Of a stretch of DNA of 64,000 bases, positions 36,850-48,689 are shown in pieces. Source of the DNA: Octopus bimaculoides (Eukaryota); NCBI RefSeq assembly GCF_001194135.2, contig NC_068993.1, positions 25,453,258-25,517,257 on the forward strand, written 5' to 3'. Below the pieces are notes generated by a model. The model was not told where the DNA came from. It did no database searches and worked only from the letters and a program-made list of their open reading frames with translations. The position numbers and the translations under genes are program-made. Numbering within the stretch: position 1 is the first letter of the stretch; each line of letters begins with the position of its first letter.

Positions 36850-39800
36850 GTAGGCATCCGTTGGTCTCAAGAGACCATGGATTTGCACCCGAAGAAATTG
36901 TGTCACCTGCTGATGATGGTGCAGCATCTGCTGTGGCTGTAGAGGCCCACATGGGAGTGGCAGCTATGCATACACTGAATGCATTTGAAGGAACTCTCTA
37001 CAGGCATCACTGGTTTTCCTTTCCTCAGGTGTGCTGTTATTTGATGGCAAGTTCCTGATTCTCTTCCATCCACTTCATCCCCCTTTTGCAGCATTTGTCT
37101 CCAGCATGGCTGATCATTTGTGACCCCCTCTCTTCTCAGGACGTCCAAATCAAATGACTTCACATCTCTCCTGAAATGAAGATGAGGTCGTCCTCATGCT
37201 CTTGTGTTGGTGACCAATTTCCCATACAGAAGGTCTTTTGGGATCCCCCCATCCAGTATGCGATGTACATGACCAAACCAGTGCAGACAGCACTGCTGGG
37301 GCAGGGTAAGCATACTGGGCATCTTGGTGTGGTTGAGGACATCAGCATTGATGACTCACTCAGACCACTTGGTATCCAAGATACAGCTCAAATTACGAAG
37401 GTGGAAAGTGTTGAGGCATTGCTCTGATCTGGAGTAGAGGCTGCATGTCTCACTGTCATAGAGTAGTGTACTGGGGATGCATGCCTTATAGACAGCAGTC
37501 TTGGTGTTTGCAGCCAGTTTTCAGAGATGGTAGAGCCGAGGTAGGTGAATTCACAACTACCTCCAGCTTGTAGTTGTTGATGGCAATGGTGGTGGTGGTG
37601 GTGGTGGGGGATGCTCGACATCTTGGCCCCAGTATGTTGGTCTTCTTTAAACTGATAACCAGGCTTAATTCTTGACAGGCCTTCGAGAGTTTGTCCACAA
37701 GGTGCTGCATTTGCTCCTCAGAGTGCACTGTCAATGCTGTATTATCCACGTACAACATTTCTCAGACGAGTACCTGACACACTCCGGATTTTCCTTTCAG
37801 CCTCGACAAACTAAACAATTTTCTGTCTGATCTGGTGTGAAGACAGACACTATCAGTTGATGTCCCAAATGACTGCAAAGAAGATGCTAAACAATGTGGA
37901 GGAAAGCACACAGCACTGATTCACACTGCTACACATGTTGAGTGCCTCCAAGGAAGGGACATCAAATGAGTGATGCTTTTCATATCCACATAAAATGATT
38001 GGAGAATCCTGAGGAATCTTGGAGGACTGCCAATTTTGGCAAGGATTTTGAACAGGCTATCTCTACTGACTAGGTCAGAAGCCTTTGTGAGATCAATGAA
38101 GGTGATGAAGAGTGGTTGTCTTTGCACTTGGTACTATGTAGCTGTCAAAGACAGAAGATCATGTTGATGGTGGAGTGTTCTGATCTGAAACCACACTGAG
38201 ATTTGGGTTATAGCCTCTCAGTGATTTTCTGTAGTCTGTTTAGGACTAAGAGAACAAAGACCTTTCTGACGATACTTAACAGCGAGATGCCTCGGTAATT
38301 ATTGCAGTTGCTTTTGTCCCCTTTGTTCTTATATAGAGTGACAATGTTACAGTCTCTCATGTCTTGCAAGATTGTTCCCTCCTCCCAGCACTGACACAGT
38401 AGCTTTAGCAAGTAGAGCTCTCCTTGTACACCTGATGATCTCTAGTAGGATGCCATCAGAACACAGTACTTTTCCAGTGGGTAAGCCATCATTGGCTCAG
38501 CTCAGTTCTTCAGCAGTTGGCAGTGTGCCCAGCCCCTCCATTGCATGTAGTGGATCTTTTTTAAAACGGGGGCCACATTTTTCATTAATGTTTTACGTAG
38601 TGTTTTTGGTACCGAAAGACTTTCAAACTTCGTATACTTATCTATTTTGTGTTATAGAACAGAAAAATATTTTTGTATTCGAATTTATTTCATGTAAAAA
38701 ATTGTCCTATTTCGATAATTTCAACCAATCACTGACGTCCATTCAGCCGATATACATTAAGTGCCGACTACATAAACAAACAATTCTTCGTTTTATTTGC
38801 TTTTTTCATTTTAAATTTGCTTTAACTCTAACCCTAACTCTAACCCTAACCCTAACCCTAGGGTTAGGGTTAGGGTTAGAGTTAGGGTTAGGGTTAGGGT
38901 TAATTGTTTCAGAATCGTTTGTTTATGTAGTCGGCACTTAATGTATATCGGCTGAATGGACGTCAGTGATTGGTTGAAATTACAGAAATACGACAACTTT
39001 AACATGGAATAATTTATGGATTTTTTTTTTTTTTTTAAGAAGACTAAGAGAAAAAGATGTTTTATATGACACATTCTACCAGTGTTCCAAGTTTCAAAGT
39101 GTTTCGTTAATGAAAAATGTGGCCCCCGTTTTAAAAAAGATCCCATGTAGTTGTTCTACAGTGCATTATTTTGCCCTTGATGACTTCCCCTGTTCTAGAT
39201 TTGAGTGGAGCTATCTTGTTCTGGGTTGGGCTGATGGCTTTCTTGATACCCTCATACATTCTGTGAAGATTGCCCACATCAAACGATAGTTGGATGTCTT
39301 CATATAGTTGTAACCAGTAGTCATTGTTACAGCATCTCACTGTCTTCTTTGCTGATCTCAATGCTTGCAGCATTGTCCTGGTGGGTTGGTACTTGTGCTT
39401 CAGCAGGGCAGCACACTTCTCAATGAGTGTATTGAGCTCTTTCACACTCACCTCAAACCAATTTTGTGTCATTTCTTTCTCCTCCCAAAAGCCTTCAATG
39501 CAGTGCTATGGATGATGTCCCTGAGAGAGTCCCATCCCATTTCTGCTGAACATTGTCTTCTGGTGGGTCTGCAAGATGGATGTCTTCCAGTGACTTGAGG
39601 AATGCATCTGTCTTAGCTGGTTGCTGTGTTGAAGTAGCACTGATATGCTACTTGCCTGGGGGTTTGGTGCAGTGCATCATTTTTTATTGGAGTTTGAGAT
39701 TGCAACAAACCAGGGAGTGGTCTGTATCACAGTCAGTACTCTAAAAAGACTGAGACAGGTGCACATTCCTCAAGTAGTTGTGTCTTGTGATGATCAGATC

Positions 39801-39987
39801 TAGCTGGTGCCAGTGTCCTGAGTGAGAGTGACACCAGGAGACCCTGTGTTGAGCTTTGCCCTTGAAGTAGGTGTTGGTGACACATAGTCCATGGAGCATA
39901 CAGTGCTTAATCAGCTATTTCCCATTTTCATTCATGTTGCCAACCCTGTACTGACCCAGACACCAACTTCAGGAGAGAGTTCCATTT
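36850..39987 (-). mobile_element. 5'-truncated, decayed RTE (BovB-like) LINE interrupted by a foldback MITE
   Basis: Fragments MRDCNIVTLYKNKGDKSNCNNYRGISLLSIV, FIDLTKASDLVSR, LYVDNTAL..HSEEQMQHLVDKLSKAC..SLKKT, YLGSTIS and C-terminal CIQCMHSCHSHVGLYSHSRCC. Typical RTE 3' end CATGGTCTCTTGAGACCAACGGATGCC. Confidence 0.92.
38552..39143. mobile_element. 592-bp foldback non-autonomous DNA transposon with a central telomeric-repeat palindrome
   Basis: Perfect 37-bp TIRs (38552-38588 / 39107-39143, starting GGATC). 8-bp TSD CATGTAGT (38544-38551, 39144-39151). Inner 72-bp inverted arms (38716-38787 / 38911-38982, one mismatch). (TAACCC)n-TA-(GGGTTA)n centre. Confidence 0.93.
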
Positions 39988-40089
39988 GTGCAAAAAATAT
40001 AGCATGCACTAATACATAAACACCTACAAGTACACATATATACAAATTGAATAAATTTGATTATAGAGTGGCCCTGTATCATGCTGAAG

Positions 40090-40420
40090 TGGTGAGTTCT
40101 TTGCAAAGTGAATGATTAGTTTGAGTTGATCCCTAACTAGAATGTCTGGTATGAGTTGATTCCTAGTGACACTCTGGTATAAATTGATCCTTAACTAGAA
40201 TGTATGAGTTCATTTCTAATTAGAATGATTTTGAGTTCAAAGGTCTGAAACAAGTAGATTTCTAGTAAAAACTTGTGATACGAGTCGATTCCTTGTAAAA
40301 ATATCTGATATAAGTTGGACCTAGTATGAATTGAATCTTAGACATTCTGATATGGGTTGATTTTTTTTTTTTTTGTTAGAACTTCTGGTATAGGTTGATT
40401 TCTAGTTAGAAACCTGAAGA
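40090..40420. repeat. Degenerate ~30-bp minisatellite
   Basis: Recurring gagttgat(t/c)cctaactagaatgtctggtat-like units. Confidence 0.7.
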
Positions 40421-40650
40421 ACTAAAACAACTCACACACAAAATTGGTCTACATCTGTTGAGAATATGACATAAAACAGCTTATACATATTTAGCCTCTC
40501 ATTAATGTTAACCCAGTTCAAGTCATAGGGTGGGTGCAGGCTGGGCATTGTTAGTAGTTGCAGGGAGAAGAAGCCCATCCTGAAGAGTAGAACGATTATT
40601 ATAACATTCTCTTGCTTTCCTGAGACATATAAGGAAGAAACACATCCGTG

Positions 40651-40654
<4 letters not shown>

Positions 40655-40723
<69 letters not shown>

Positions 40724-40737
40724 ACACACACACATAC
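40655..40737. repeat. (CA)n microsatellite just downstream of exon 6
   Basis: Directly visible. Other arrays include (AT)n/(GT)n at 47655-47850 and (TAA)n at 62165-62226. Confidence 0.95.
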
Positions 40738-40764
40738 ACTTAAAAAAATTACACCCACGCTTAC

Positions 40765-40965
40765 CTTGGCAGGTAGACTTGAATTTTGACCAAGTACCAT
40801 TTTCTAAACACTCCAAGAATGAAGGACCTTTTACTTCATAGCCTTTTGGACAAGCAAGTTGGCATTTAGTTCCAGCAATTAGCTTAGCTCTGGTGAGACA
40901 CTTAACACTCTTCACTGTTACATTATTATTATTATCAGGGGCAGTAAGTGTGTTACACAGTGAGG
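40765..40965 (-). CDS. Exon 6: sushi/CCP domain (CCP-3)
   Basis: 201 nt, phase 1-1; ttttcag / G|gtaagc. Reads (A)SLCNTLTAPDNNNNVTVKSVKCLTRAKLIAGTKCQLACPKGYEVKGPSFLECLENGTWSKFKSTCQ. Confidence 0.93.
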
Positions 40966-42232
40966 CTGAAAATTGTTTTAAAACAATGGGCAAATGATGA
41001 AAAACTTAGTTTAATGACAGAATTCATTTGACAGTTTTATTGTAATCAATTAGTATTAAAATTTTAAAAATTGTAGTAGTAAGCTTATAATTGAAGACAA
41101 TGTTTTCAGTTCTCTTACCTCTGTAACCTTTCTTTACTTTTTCCTCATTATCACTGACACAACCAGTGTGTTAATACTCTTCCTCATCATCACCTCCTCA
41201 TCTTTATTTTTATAAGGCAGACCAGTGCATCTATTCATTTGTATAGCTAAATTAGCTCTCTCCAGACTGTAGCTGTTCCAGAGCAACAAGAATGATGAAT
41301 ATAGAAATTATATTTTGACTGATACATAATGCTATCAATTGAAAATTTCACTTCTTGGGTCACCGTTATGTTCTGACTTTTCTCTGCATTTTTCTTCTGA
41401 TTCCGCAACTGATTTTTAATAAACTATACAAGCCACAACTGATTCTAAATATGGCCAGTGTATATTTAGATATTGTGAAAATAATATATAATTTTTCATA
41501 TAAAAATATTAGATAGATTCTGTGCTTCTGAAAATTGTGGGCTTTAATTCCTCACCTTGAATCACTGTCATTTATCTCATGACCTTTTCACAACATATGA
41601 AAGGAAGTGGTTTCTTCCTCCATGGACAAAATGATTTACAAAAACTGACAACCAAATATCTTAATTAGACTCTGTATTTGGTGCCACTCAAGTGTTACCA
41701 GTCCACTAATACTATCAGCCTATCTGCCACATCCTTTTCTGTTTCCACAAAGAGTAGATCCCAATATAAGAGGTGTTGTGCTTTCAATACTGGCTAATTT
41801 AATGTTGCCATTGGTCCCTATTTGTGGCATGGTCAGCTGCCCACCACAACAAAATTGAGATCCTAAAACTAAGGTGCTACATACAAAGCGCATTGGTATG
41901 GGTGCTGGTGCCACTTAAAAGTACCCAGTACACTCTGTGGAGTGACTGGTATTAGGAAAGGTATCAAACCATAGAGACCAAGCCAAAACAGACGATGGAA
42001 CTTGGTGTGACCCTAGGCCTCGCCAGTTCTTGTTAAGCTGTCCAACCCATGCCAGCATGGAAAATGGATGTTGAATGTTGATGATGGTTGCCTCTAACTA
42101 CTTCTCATTAACTGTGTTTGGAAAGCACCACCAACATGAGGAAGAGAAAAAGAAATAAGAAAGAAAGAACCAAGAGGAGAAAAAGTAGTGAAGAAGGGTA
42201 AATCATATTTTAGAATATTTTAATTTACCTAC

Positions 42233-42355
42233 CTGAGCAAGTGTGGCCATTTGGATTGAGATTGTAACCTGGGTCACATTTACAGAAGTAACCTCCCATT
42301 GTATTGACACACTGGTGCTCACATTTACCATTATTCTTCTCACATTCATCAATAT
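42233..42355 (-). CDS. Exon 5: calcium-binding EGF domain (EGF-3)
   Basis: 123 nt, phase 1-1; tttcggtag / G|gtaggt. Reads (D)IDECEKNNGKCEHQCVNTMGGYFCKCDPGYNLNPNGHTCS. Confidence 0.95.
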
Positions 42356-43481
42356 CTACCGAAATATAGAAAATCACATTGTAAAGTGTTATCACAGGTA
42401 GGTAATGGAGACAGAAAGACAAGCAAGTTGTGCATGTGCAGACTCACACATATACAACAATACTGAACAGCCTAATATAATTTTCTATTGCCTTAAAATA
42501 AGTAGAGTTACACCTGTTGTATAAAAAGGTAACACAAAATAAGAACATGAGAAAACCACAAAGGGACATGCTCCACAAAAAAACAGACAGTAAGGCTGAT
42601 GCAAACAGTCATGTAGTGAATAACAACAACAACAGCAACCAGCAACTGTTACTGCCATGGCCACCACCTCAGGTGCTGCTGTCCACCAATATCGTCATCA
42701 TCATCTACTTCCTCTTTGTCTTCATCACCATCATCATTGCTGTTTCCATCTCCTGTACTGCCACTGCTGCTATCTTCTCCATCCCCACCACTACCACCTT
42801 TGTTGTCATCGTCACTCTTATCATCTTTGTCATCATAATTTGTCATTACTGATAAACATTATTTCTTGCTGAGGAGTTCTCATAAAACTGAAACATGTCT
42901 ATCCAAATTAGGCTCACACCTCAGTACTGACTTCACACAAAATACCATAGAATGTATGTTAGTCCAAGTGACATAGCTATGTTATCATTATTTTAACACT
43001 AACTTAAAATGGTCTGTTATATGTCATATTGCATCTTGTCTCTAGTATTAATAATTTCTTCTGAGAAGCCTAGTATCCTTAGATCCAACCTCATTACTTA
43101 CTTGTTATATGAGTCTTCATCATCAACAGCATATCAGACATTCTATTTGTATGTATCACATGTCTATGTTGCACAGGCATCTCCGTTGCACACATTGACT
43201 CATGACTTCAATGCTTTTCATGCTTATTAGCATTACACATTTAACATATGATGCTTGTCAAATTTTTCTTCATCCACTGCAAATCTTCTACATCTAATGT
43301 CTATGTTCCTTGACCATTCAGCTTCGTACAGTCTACCTTCCACAAACAAAAAGTTTCTTTCCAGTGAACAATCCATAGACTTCATGAAATGAATCCCAAT
43401 ATTGCTAAATATTTGTATTTCTTTATCTCATTTGATGTATTGGCTCCCTGCTAAACTGCCAGAGAGTCTACTGTATCTTTC

Positions 43482-44061
43482 ATAGGCCCATGACTTACAA
43501 TGAGTAAACAGTATCAAGTTCCTACTCCATTCTTACATATTAAGTAAAGGTACTCCCAAGTGACAACTAAATTTTGTGTTCTTTATTTCTTACAACTATT
43601 TTGGTATCTGTCAGGTTGACCTTATGCCTGTGCACTAGGGACCATGCTACCCTATTTGGAACTTGATAGATTCTGCTATGAGTATATATCCTAAAGTGTA
43701 GTGGTTATGAAACAGCTGTTAAGCTGAGTAACTTACCAAATCAAGGAAGTCATAAAAGATTTTATTTAATCCTCTAGCATTTAGATTACTCTGTCAAATG
43801 TAATACCTATTTGTTGACATTGTTTTGAATTAACCATGCATAATCAATGATGTGAGTGTTCATTTCTTTTAGAATGACATTGTAGGATAGATGTGAGTAG
43901 CCAGATCTGGCCAGTTTGGGCAAAAAAAAAAAACATATAAAATATTTTGGCTGGATATGACTAGTTTAAATGCTAAAGGGTTAACTTGCCATCACAGTGC
44001 ATATTGTCGACAAAAAACATATGGAGCCTCATGTATAATTATTCATCAAAAAGGACTTACA
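43482..44061. repeat. ~577-bp direct duplication, copy B
   Basis: See copy A at 36263-36839. Homology continues at 44079-44150 versus 39990-40060. Confidence 0.95.
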
Positions 44062-44271
44062 CCCATATACACATATATGCAAAAATATAACATGCACCAA
44101 CACATAAACACTTACACACTCATATATTCATACAAATTGAGTAAATTATATAATCAAGTTTATGCTGGTTTAACAGTAAATCTTGGAAATTTTCTGATTT
44201 ATGTGACTTAAGCTGTTTAGAATGAATATATCACTTTCTAATGTTTATGTCATAACCTTCAATCTACTTAC

Positions 44272-44463
44272 CTTCACAGGTGACATTATTTCTAGACCAG
44301 GAACCATTTTTAAGGCATCTTAGGGTTGAGGAGCCATCCAAATGAAAACCTTTGTGACATTTAATTGGACATTTGGTTCCAGTCTGTAATGTCTGGTTCT
44401 TTAAACAGGCTTCATGTTTTACATCAGCGTTTACAGGAGCATGGAAAGTTTCACAATATTCAG
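44272..44463 (-). CDS. Exon 4: sushi/CCP domain (CCP-2)
   Basis: 192 nt, phase 1-1; tttcaaaag / G|gtaagt. Reads (A)EYCETFHAPVNADVKHEACLKNQTLQTGTKCPIKCHKGFHLDGSSTLRCLKNGSWSRNNVTCE. Confidence 0.95.
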
Positions 44464-45751
44464 CTTTTGAAACAAAACAGAACAAATATTTTGCAATTTT
44501 TAATTTATTACAATCTCAGAATTGATTGTATGAAGTCTGGGAAAGCTACAAAATCATCAGGGATAGCTGCCAAGATATTAAAAGCATCAGGCTATATAGG
44601 TTCTATACTATTTACTCAGTTAATTATATAGTGAAAAAAGGTGTTATCTCCAGTGACTAGCATAGCAATATCATTGCTAATTACTGAGGCAATTACGAAG
44701 GTCTCAAGAAGACAGACAGCATAGTGAAAGTAGTTGAAAGAATTATTGTAGTTAGTATAAAACAGAGTAACTAAGAGAAATTACCCAGACATAACTTTTG
44801 CATGAACACTAAATAGCTGTGTTGGTGCTAACACACCCAAGATATTGAACTGTTAAGCTTGTAAGCAACAATTTAATGAGTTAATCTTCATGTAGGTATC
44901 CCTAGATGATTTCCCTCAGTCACTCTTACGTTACCATATTTATCATCATTTATTCACCCAAATCCTTTATATTTAAGGTCTGGCAAGAACAGGAAAAGAC
45001 TATTTTTTTGTTGAGGAGGTCTAATAAAACAAGCATGTCAAGAGTTAGCACCATGCTACCAAAGATCAAACTCACTCCTCAATGTATGTCTCAATTCAGT
45101 TATTAATTAATTTGAATTTTAGAGCTTTCTCTTTTGTGTTCATTGACAAGAATTATCATTAGCATTAATGATTTTCCATTTTATAATTGCTGTCATTTTA
45201 ACTGATTAAAAAGAGTTAGTTCACTATATTAGCCCCATTTAACTGTGTATATGAAACTGAAGTTAGTAATGCTAATTAGCACACATACACACACACACAC
45301 AAACACAGACATGCACTCAATAATATTTCACTGTTTCACACCTATGTGTTACATGTTGGGATGAATTAAATTGCTTTTCTTTTTTAATTTCACCATTCAC
45401 ATTATGTTGGAGGAAGGAATTTAATAGGGAAATGCATATGTTATTGTAAAGTATTGGTGTGGCTAGCTAAAAGGCATAAAACAATAGCTGTAACATACAT
45501 GTCTTGCTAAAAAGCATAAAACAATAGCTGTAACATGATTTGGACTTGTTTTCAGTTGGTCAAAAGCCCAGCTTATTAGCTATGCAATCATTAAATACAT
45601 ATGCATATATATTTTGTATTCTCTCACATCATAAACATGTTTTTCAATTTCACTTCTTAATCTCAAAGTATTCTACATTTATTCATACTAAAAAGTATTT
45701 ATGCCTGACAATACACAGCACATAAATTAGTATTATAAATTCTAAGTTTGT

Positions 45752-46040
45752 GAAGGCATGTGGCCAAGTGGTTAGAGTATTTGGGTTACTATTTCTAGTT
45801 CATGAATTTGATACCTGGTGGCATGTTGTGTCCTTGAGCAAGACATTATTTCACTTTGCTCCACTTGACTCAACTGGCAAAAATGAGTTGTACCTGTATT
45901 TCAAAGAGCAAACCATATCACATTCTGTATATGCATGTCTGTGGAGTGCTCCATCATTTGCTTGTTAATGTCACGAGCAGGCTGTTCCATTTATCAGATC
46001 AACTGGAACGCTTGTTGTAACTAATGGAGTGCCAGTGTAA
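45752..46040 (+). mobile_element. tRNA-derived SINE of a third family
   Basis: A-box TGGCCAAGTGG, degenerate B-box, core tgtgtccttgagcaagaca..ttgctccac..aaatgagt. Confidence 0.6.
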
Positions 46041-46149
46041 ATTTGTGCAACTGTGTGAAGCTTTAAAAATAGGGTTTTTCTCCACCAAGTAGCAAAAATT
46101 CTTCATTGGTTAAAAATCCACTATAGGATGAATACACATATTAACTTAC

Positions 46150-46269
46150 CTTTACAAGAATGTCCTTTTGAATCAAGAGTGTAACCTTTGTTACATTTAC
46201 AGAAATAGCTGCCCGGAGTATTGATACACTGGTGGTCACATTTATTATTCTTTTCACATTCATTGACAT
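46150..46269 (-). CDS. Exon 3: calcium-binding EGF domain (EGF-2)
   Basis: 120 nt, phase 1-1; ttctag / G|gtaagt. Reads (D)[39 protein letters not shown]. Confidence 0.95.
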
Positions 46270-46344
46270 CTAGAATTTAACAAAAATTCATGTTATAAAT
46301 ACTATCACATAAAGGATAACGAGAAACATCTATCCTACTCACAT

Positions 46345-46630
46345 ACAGCCAGACAAGTATGATTGAACCACGTGATGTGTAATGTTAGTATGGATGAATA
46401 ACAAGAGTGCAGATGAGTTGAGTGAAAAACTAGATATAAGAGGAATAAGATGCTGTGTGCAAGAGAGAAGACTGTGCTGATAGAGACATGTGATACATAT
46501 AGAGGATGATATCTGTATGAAAAATCCTGTGTGATTAAACTGAATAGAGTCCATTGAAAGCTTAGGACAAAGAGATGAAAATTGCAAGATGTTGCACCTG
46601 ACAAAGCAATGACAAAGGATGATGTTAGGT
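46345..46630 (+). mobile_element. RTE-X-like LINE C-terminal fragment
   Basis: Reads ..MCNVSMD..SADELSEKLDIRGIRCCVQERRLC..HV..IEDD, the conserved post-RT RTE region, with disruptions. Confidence 0.65.
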
Positions 46631-47270
46631 GGCAACAGAGAGGGCTAGAGAAGACCCAACTTCCTCTACAAGTACGGTGAATTGAACATTAAAAATTGTG
46701 GTAATGATGAAGGTGAGAAACCTGCATGTATGTGTGTGAGTGAGCATGTATACAAATGTGTAACAAGAAGAGCAAGTGATAGACAGACTGAAAGGTGAAT
46801 GATAAATGTGTTAGAGGGATGTACAGTTATAAAGAAACTCAAAGATGTTGCTTTGACAGTATGTGCATATATCATCATCAGGGTCATCATTTAAGATCCA
46901 TTTTTTATGCTGGCATGGGTTGGAATGTTTAACAGGAGTTGGTAAGCTAGAGGACTGTGCCTAGTACTACTGATTTGGTTTCTGTGGCTGGATGCCCTTC
47001 CTAACACCAACCATTTTACAGAGTGGATAGAGTGCTTTTTACATAGCACCAGCACCAGCAGGGTCACCAAGTAACTTGCAAGACAAAGAGCTCCTGACCA
47101 GGAGGGGGAGTTGTATTAAGGGAAGTGGTTTTGCATCTGTTGATGAAAGGTTACAGTATAATAGAGGATAGAGGCAGGTGTCATGCTGTTGAAGAAATAC
47201 ATGGCTACCCCAGTTGGAAAACAAAAGAGAGAGAAATATAGAGAGGTCTGTGTGTGTGTGTGTGTGTGTG

Positions 47271-47311
<41 letters not shown>

Positions 47312-47761
47312 TAATATGAGTGAAAACAGTGGTGAGAACTACTATCATCCTAAGTCAAAACAGAACAACTGATACCAGGAAGAAGTGAGTGAAATATTAA
47401 TAATAGAGGCATATAGGTGGCAGGGAGCAGATAAGAGAGATGAAGGTAGGAGTGACCGGGACATGAGTGACTGGCATGGGCAATAAATGGATGAGTAATA
47501 GAAATGTGTGATGCAAAAGACAAGAGCCAGAGGAGCAAATATATACGGGTGTTAAAGGGTTAAGAGGTTATCAATGAGTCAATGATATAAAGTAGGCAGC
47601 TGTACATGTAGACTTATGTGCACAAGTTACACCCATACGCAAGTCTAGTAATGCATGCCTATATATGTGTGTGTGTATATATTTATATATATGTGTGTAT
47701 GTGTGTGTGTGTGTGTATGTATATATATATATATGTGTGTGTATGTGTGTGTGTGTGTATG

Positions 47762-47792
<31 letters not shown>

Positions 47793-48689
47793 ATGTATAT
47801 ATATATATATATATACATGTATATGTACATATATACATGTATATGTATATAAACATATAAATAACATAATTTTTATGCCTGTTTTACCATGCCTGGGCAG
47901 GTGAACATGTCTTCTTTAATACATCATACTGTCAGTTAATATTGTCCTTTGTCATATACCTTAATGAGGTGAAGCTGTTAAGCTTCTGCTCTCCATTCAC
48001 GACTTCTTCCCAATTTCTGCCCACTTAAATGTGGATGTTCTGTTAGAACAAACTATACTGCTGTAGTTACCATGAGAAAAACTGATATTGTAACTTATCT
48101 CCTCATCAATATTATATAGTAAAACAGTGCCAGAACAAATACTGATATCTCGATTAGCTAATGAGCCTGTAAAAAAGAAGTCCTTTTAAGTCTCCCTCTT
48201 CCATATATTTCAAGTACACGGCACATATTTATACAACTATCCTCCTCCATATACGTTAATGGCCATACCAATGCAGTCTTCTCTTTTGCACACTACACCT
48301 AATTCTTTATATCTTTTATTTGTTTCAGTCATTTGATTGTGGCCATGCTGGGGCACTGTCTTGAAAGGTTTTAGTTGAGGAAATTGACCACAGGACTTAT
48401 TTTTTATAAGCCTAGTACTTATTCTATCAGTCTCTTTTGCCAAATCACTAAGTTATTGGGACATAAACACACCAACACCAGTTGTCAAGTGGTGGTGGGA
48501 GACAAACACAGACACAAAGACCAATATATACATATATGACAGGCTTCTTTCAGTTTTCATCTACCAAATCCTCTCACAAGGATTTGGTCAGCCCAAGGCT
48601 ATAGTAGAAGACAGTTGATCAAAGTGCACCATAGGGATACAGATTCTTTCTAGCCTTTGCTGATCTTGTGCATCTAAGACCCACATCTC

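Noticed and set aside
38822-38903. Ancient telomere-telomere chromosome fusion site
   Set aside because: A fusion reads (TTAGGG)n then (CCCTAA)n; here the order is reversed, and the array lies inside a TIR element with a TSD.
40090-40420. CRISPR-like array of ~30-bp repeats (also 57935-58460)
   Set aside because: The units are contiguous and degenerate with no unique spacers, there are no cas genes, and the context is a eukaryotic intron.
47571-47904. Multiple overlapping ORFs rich in YI/HT/CV (likewise 22556-23121, 31682-31944, 40432-40841)
   Set aside because: These are translations of (AT)n/(CA)n microsatellites, which lack stops.
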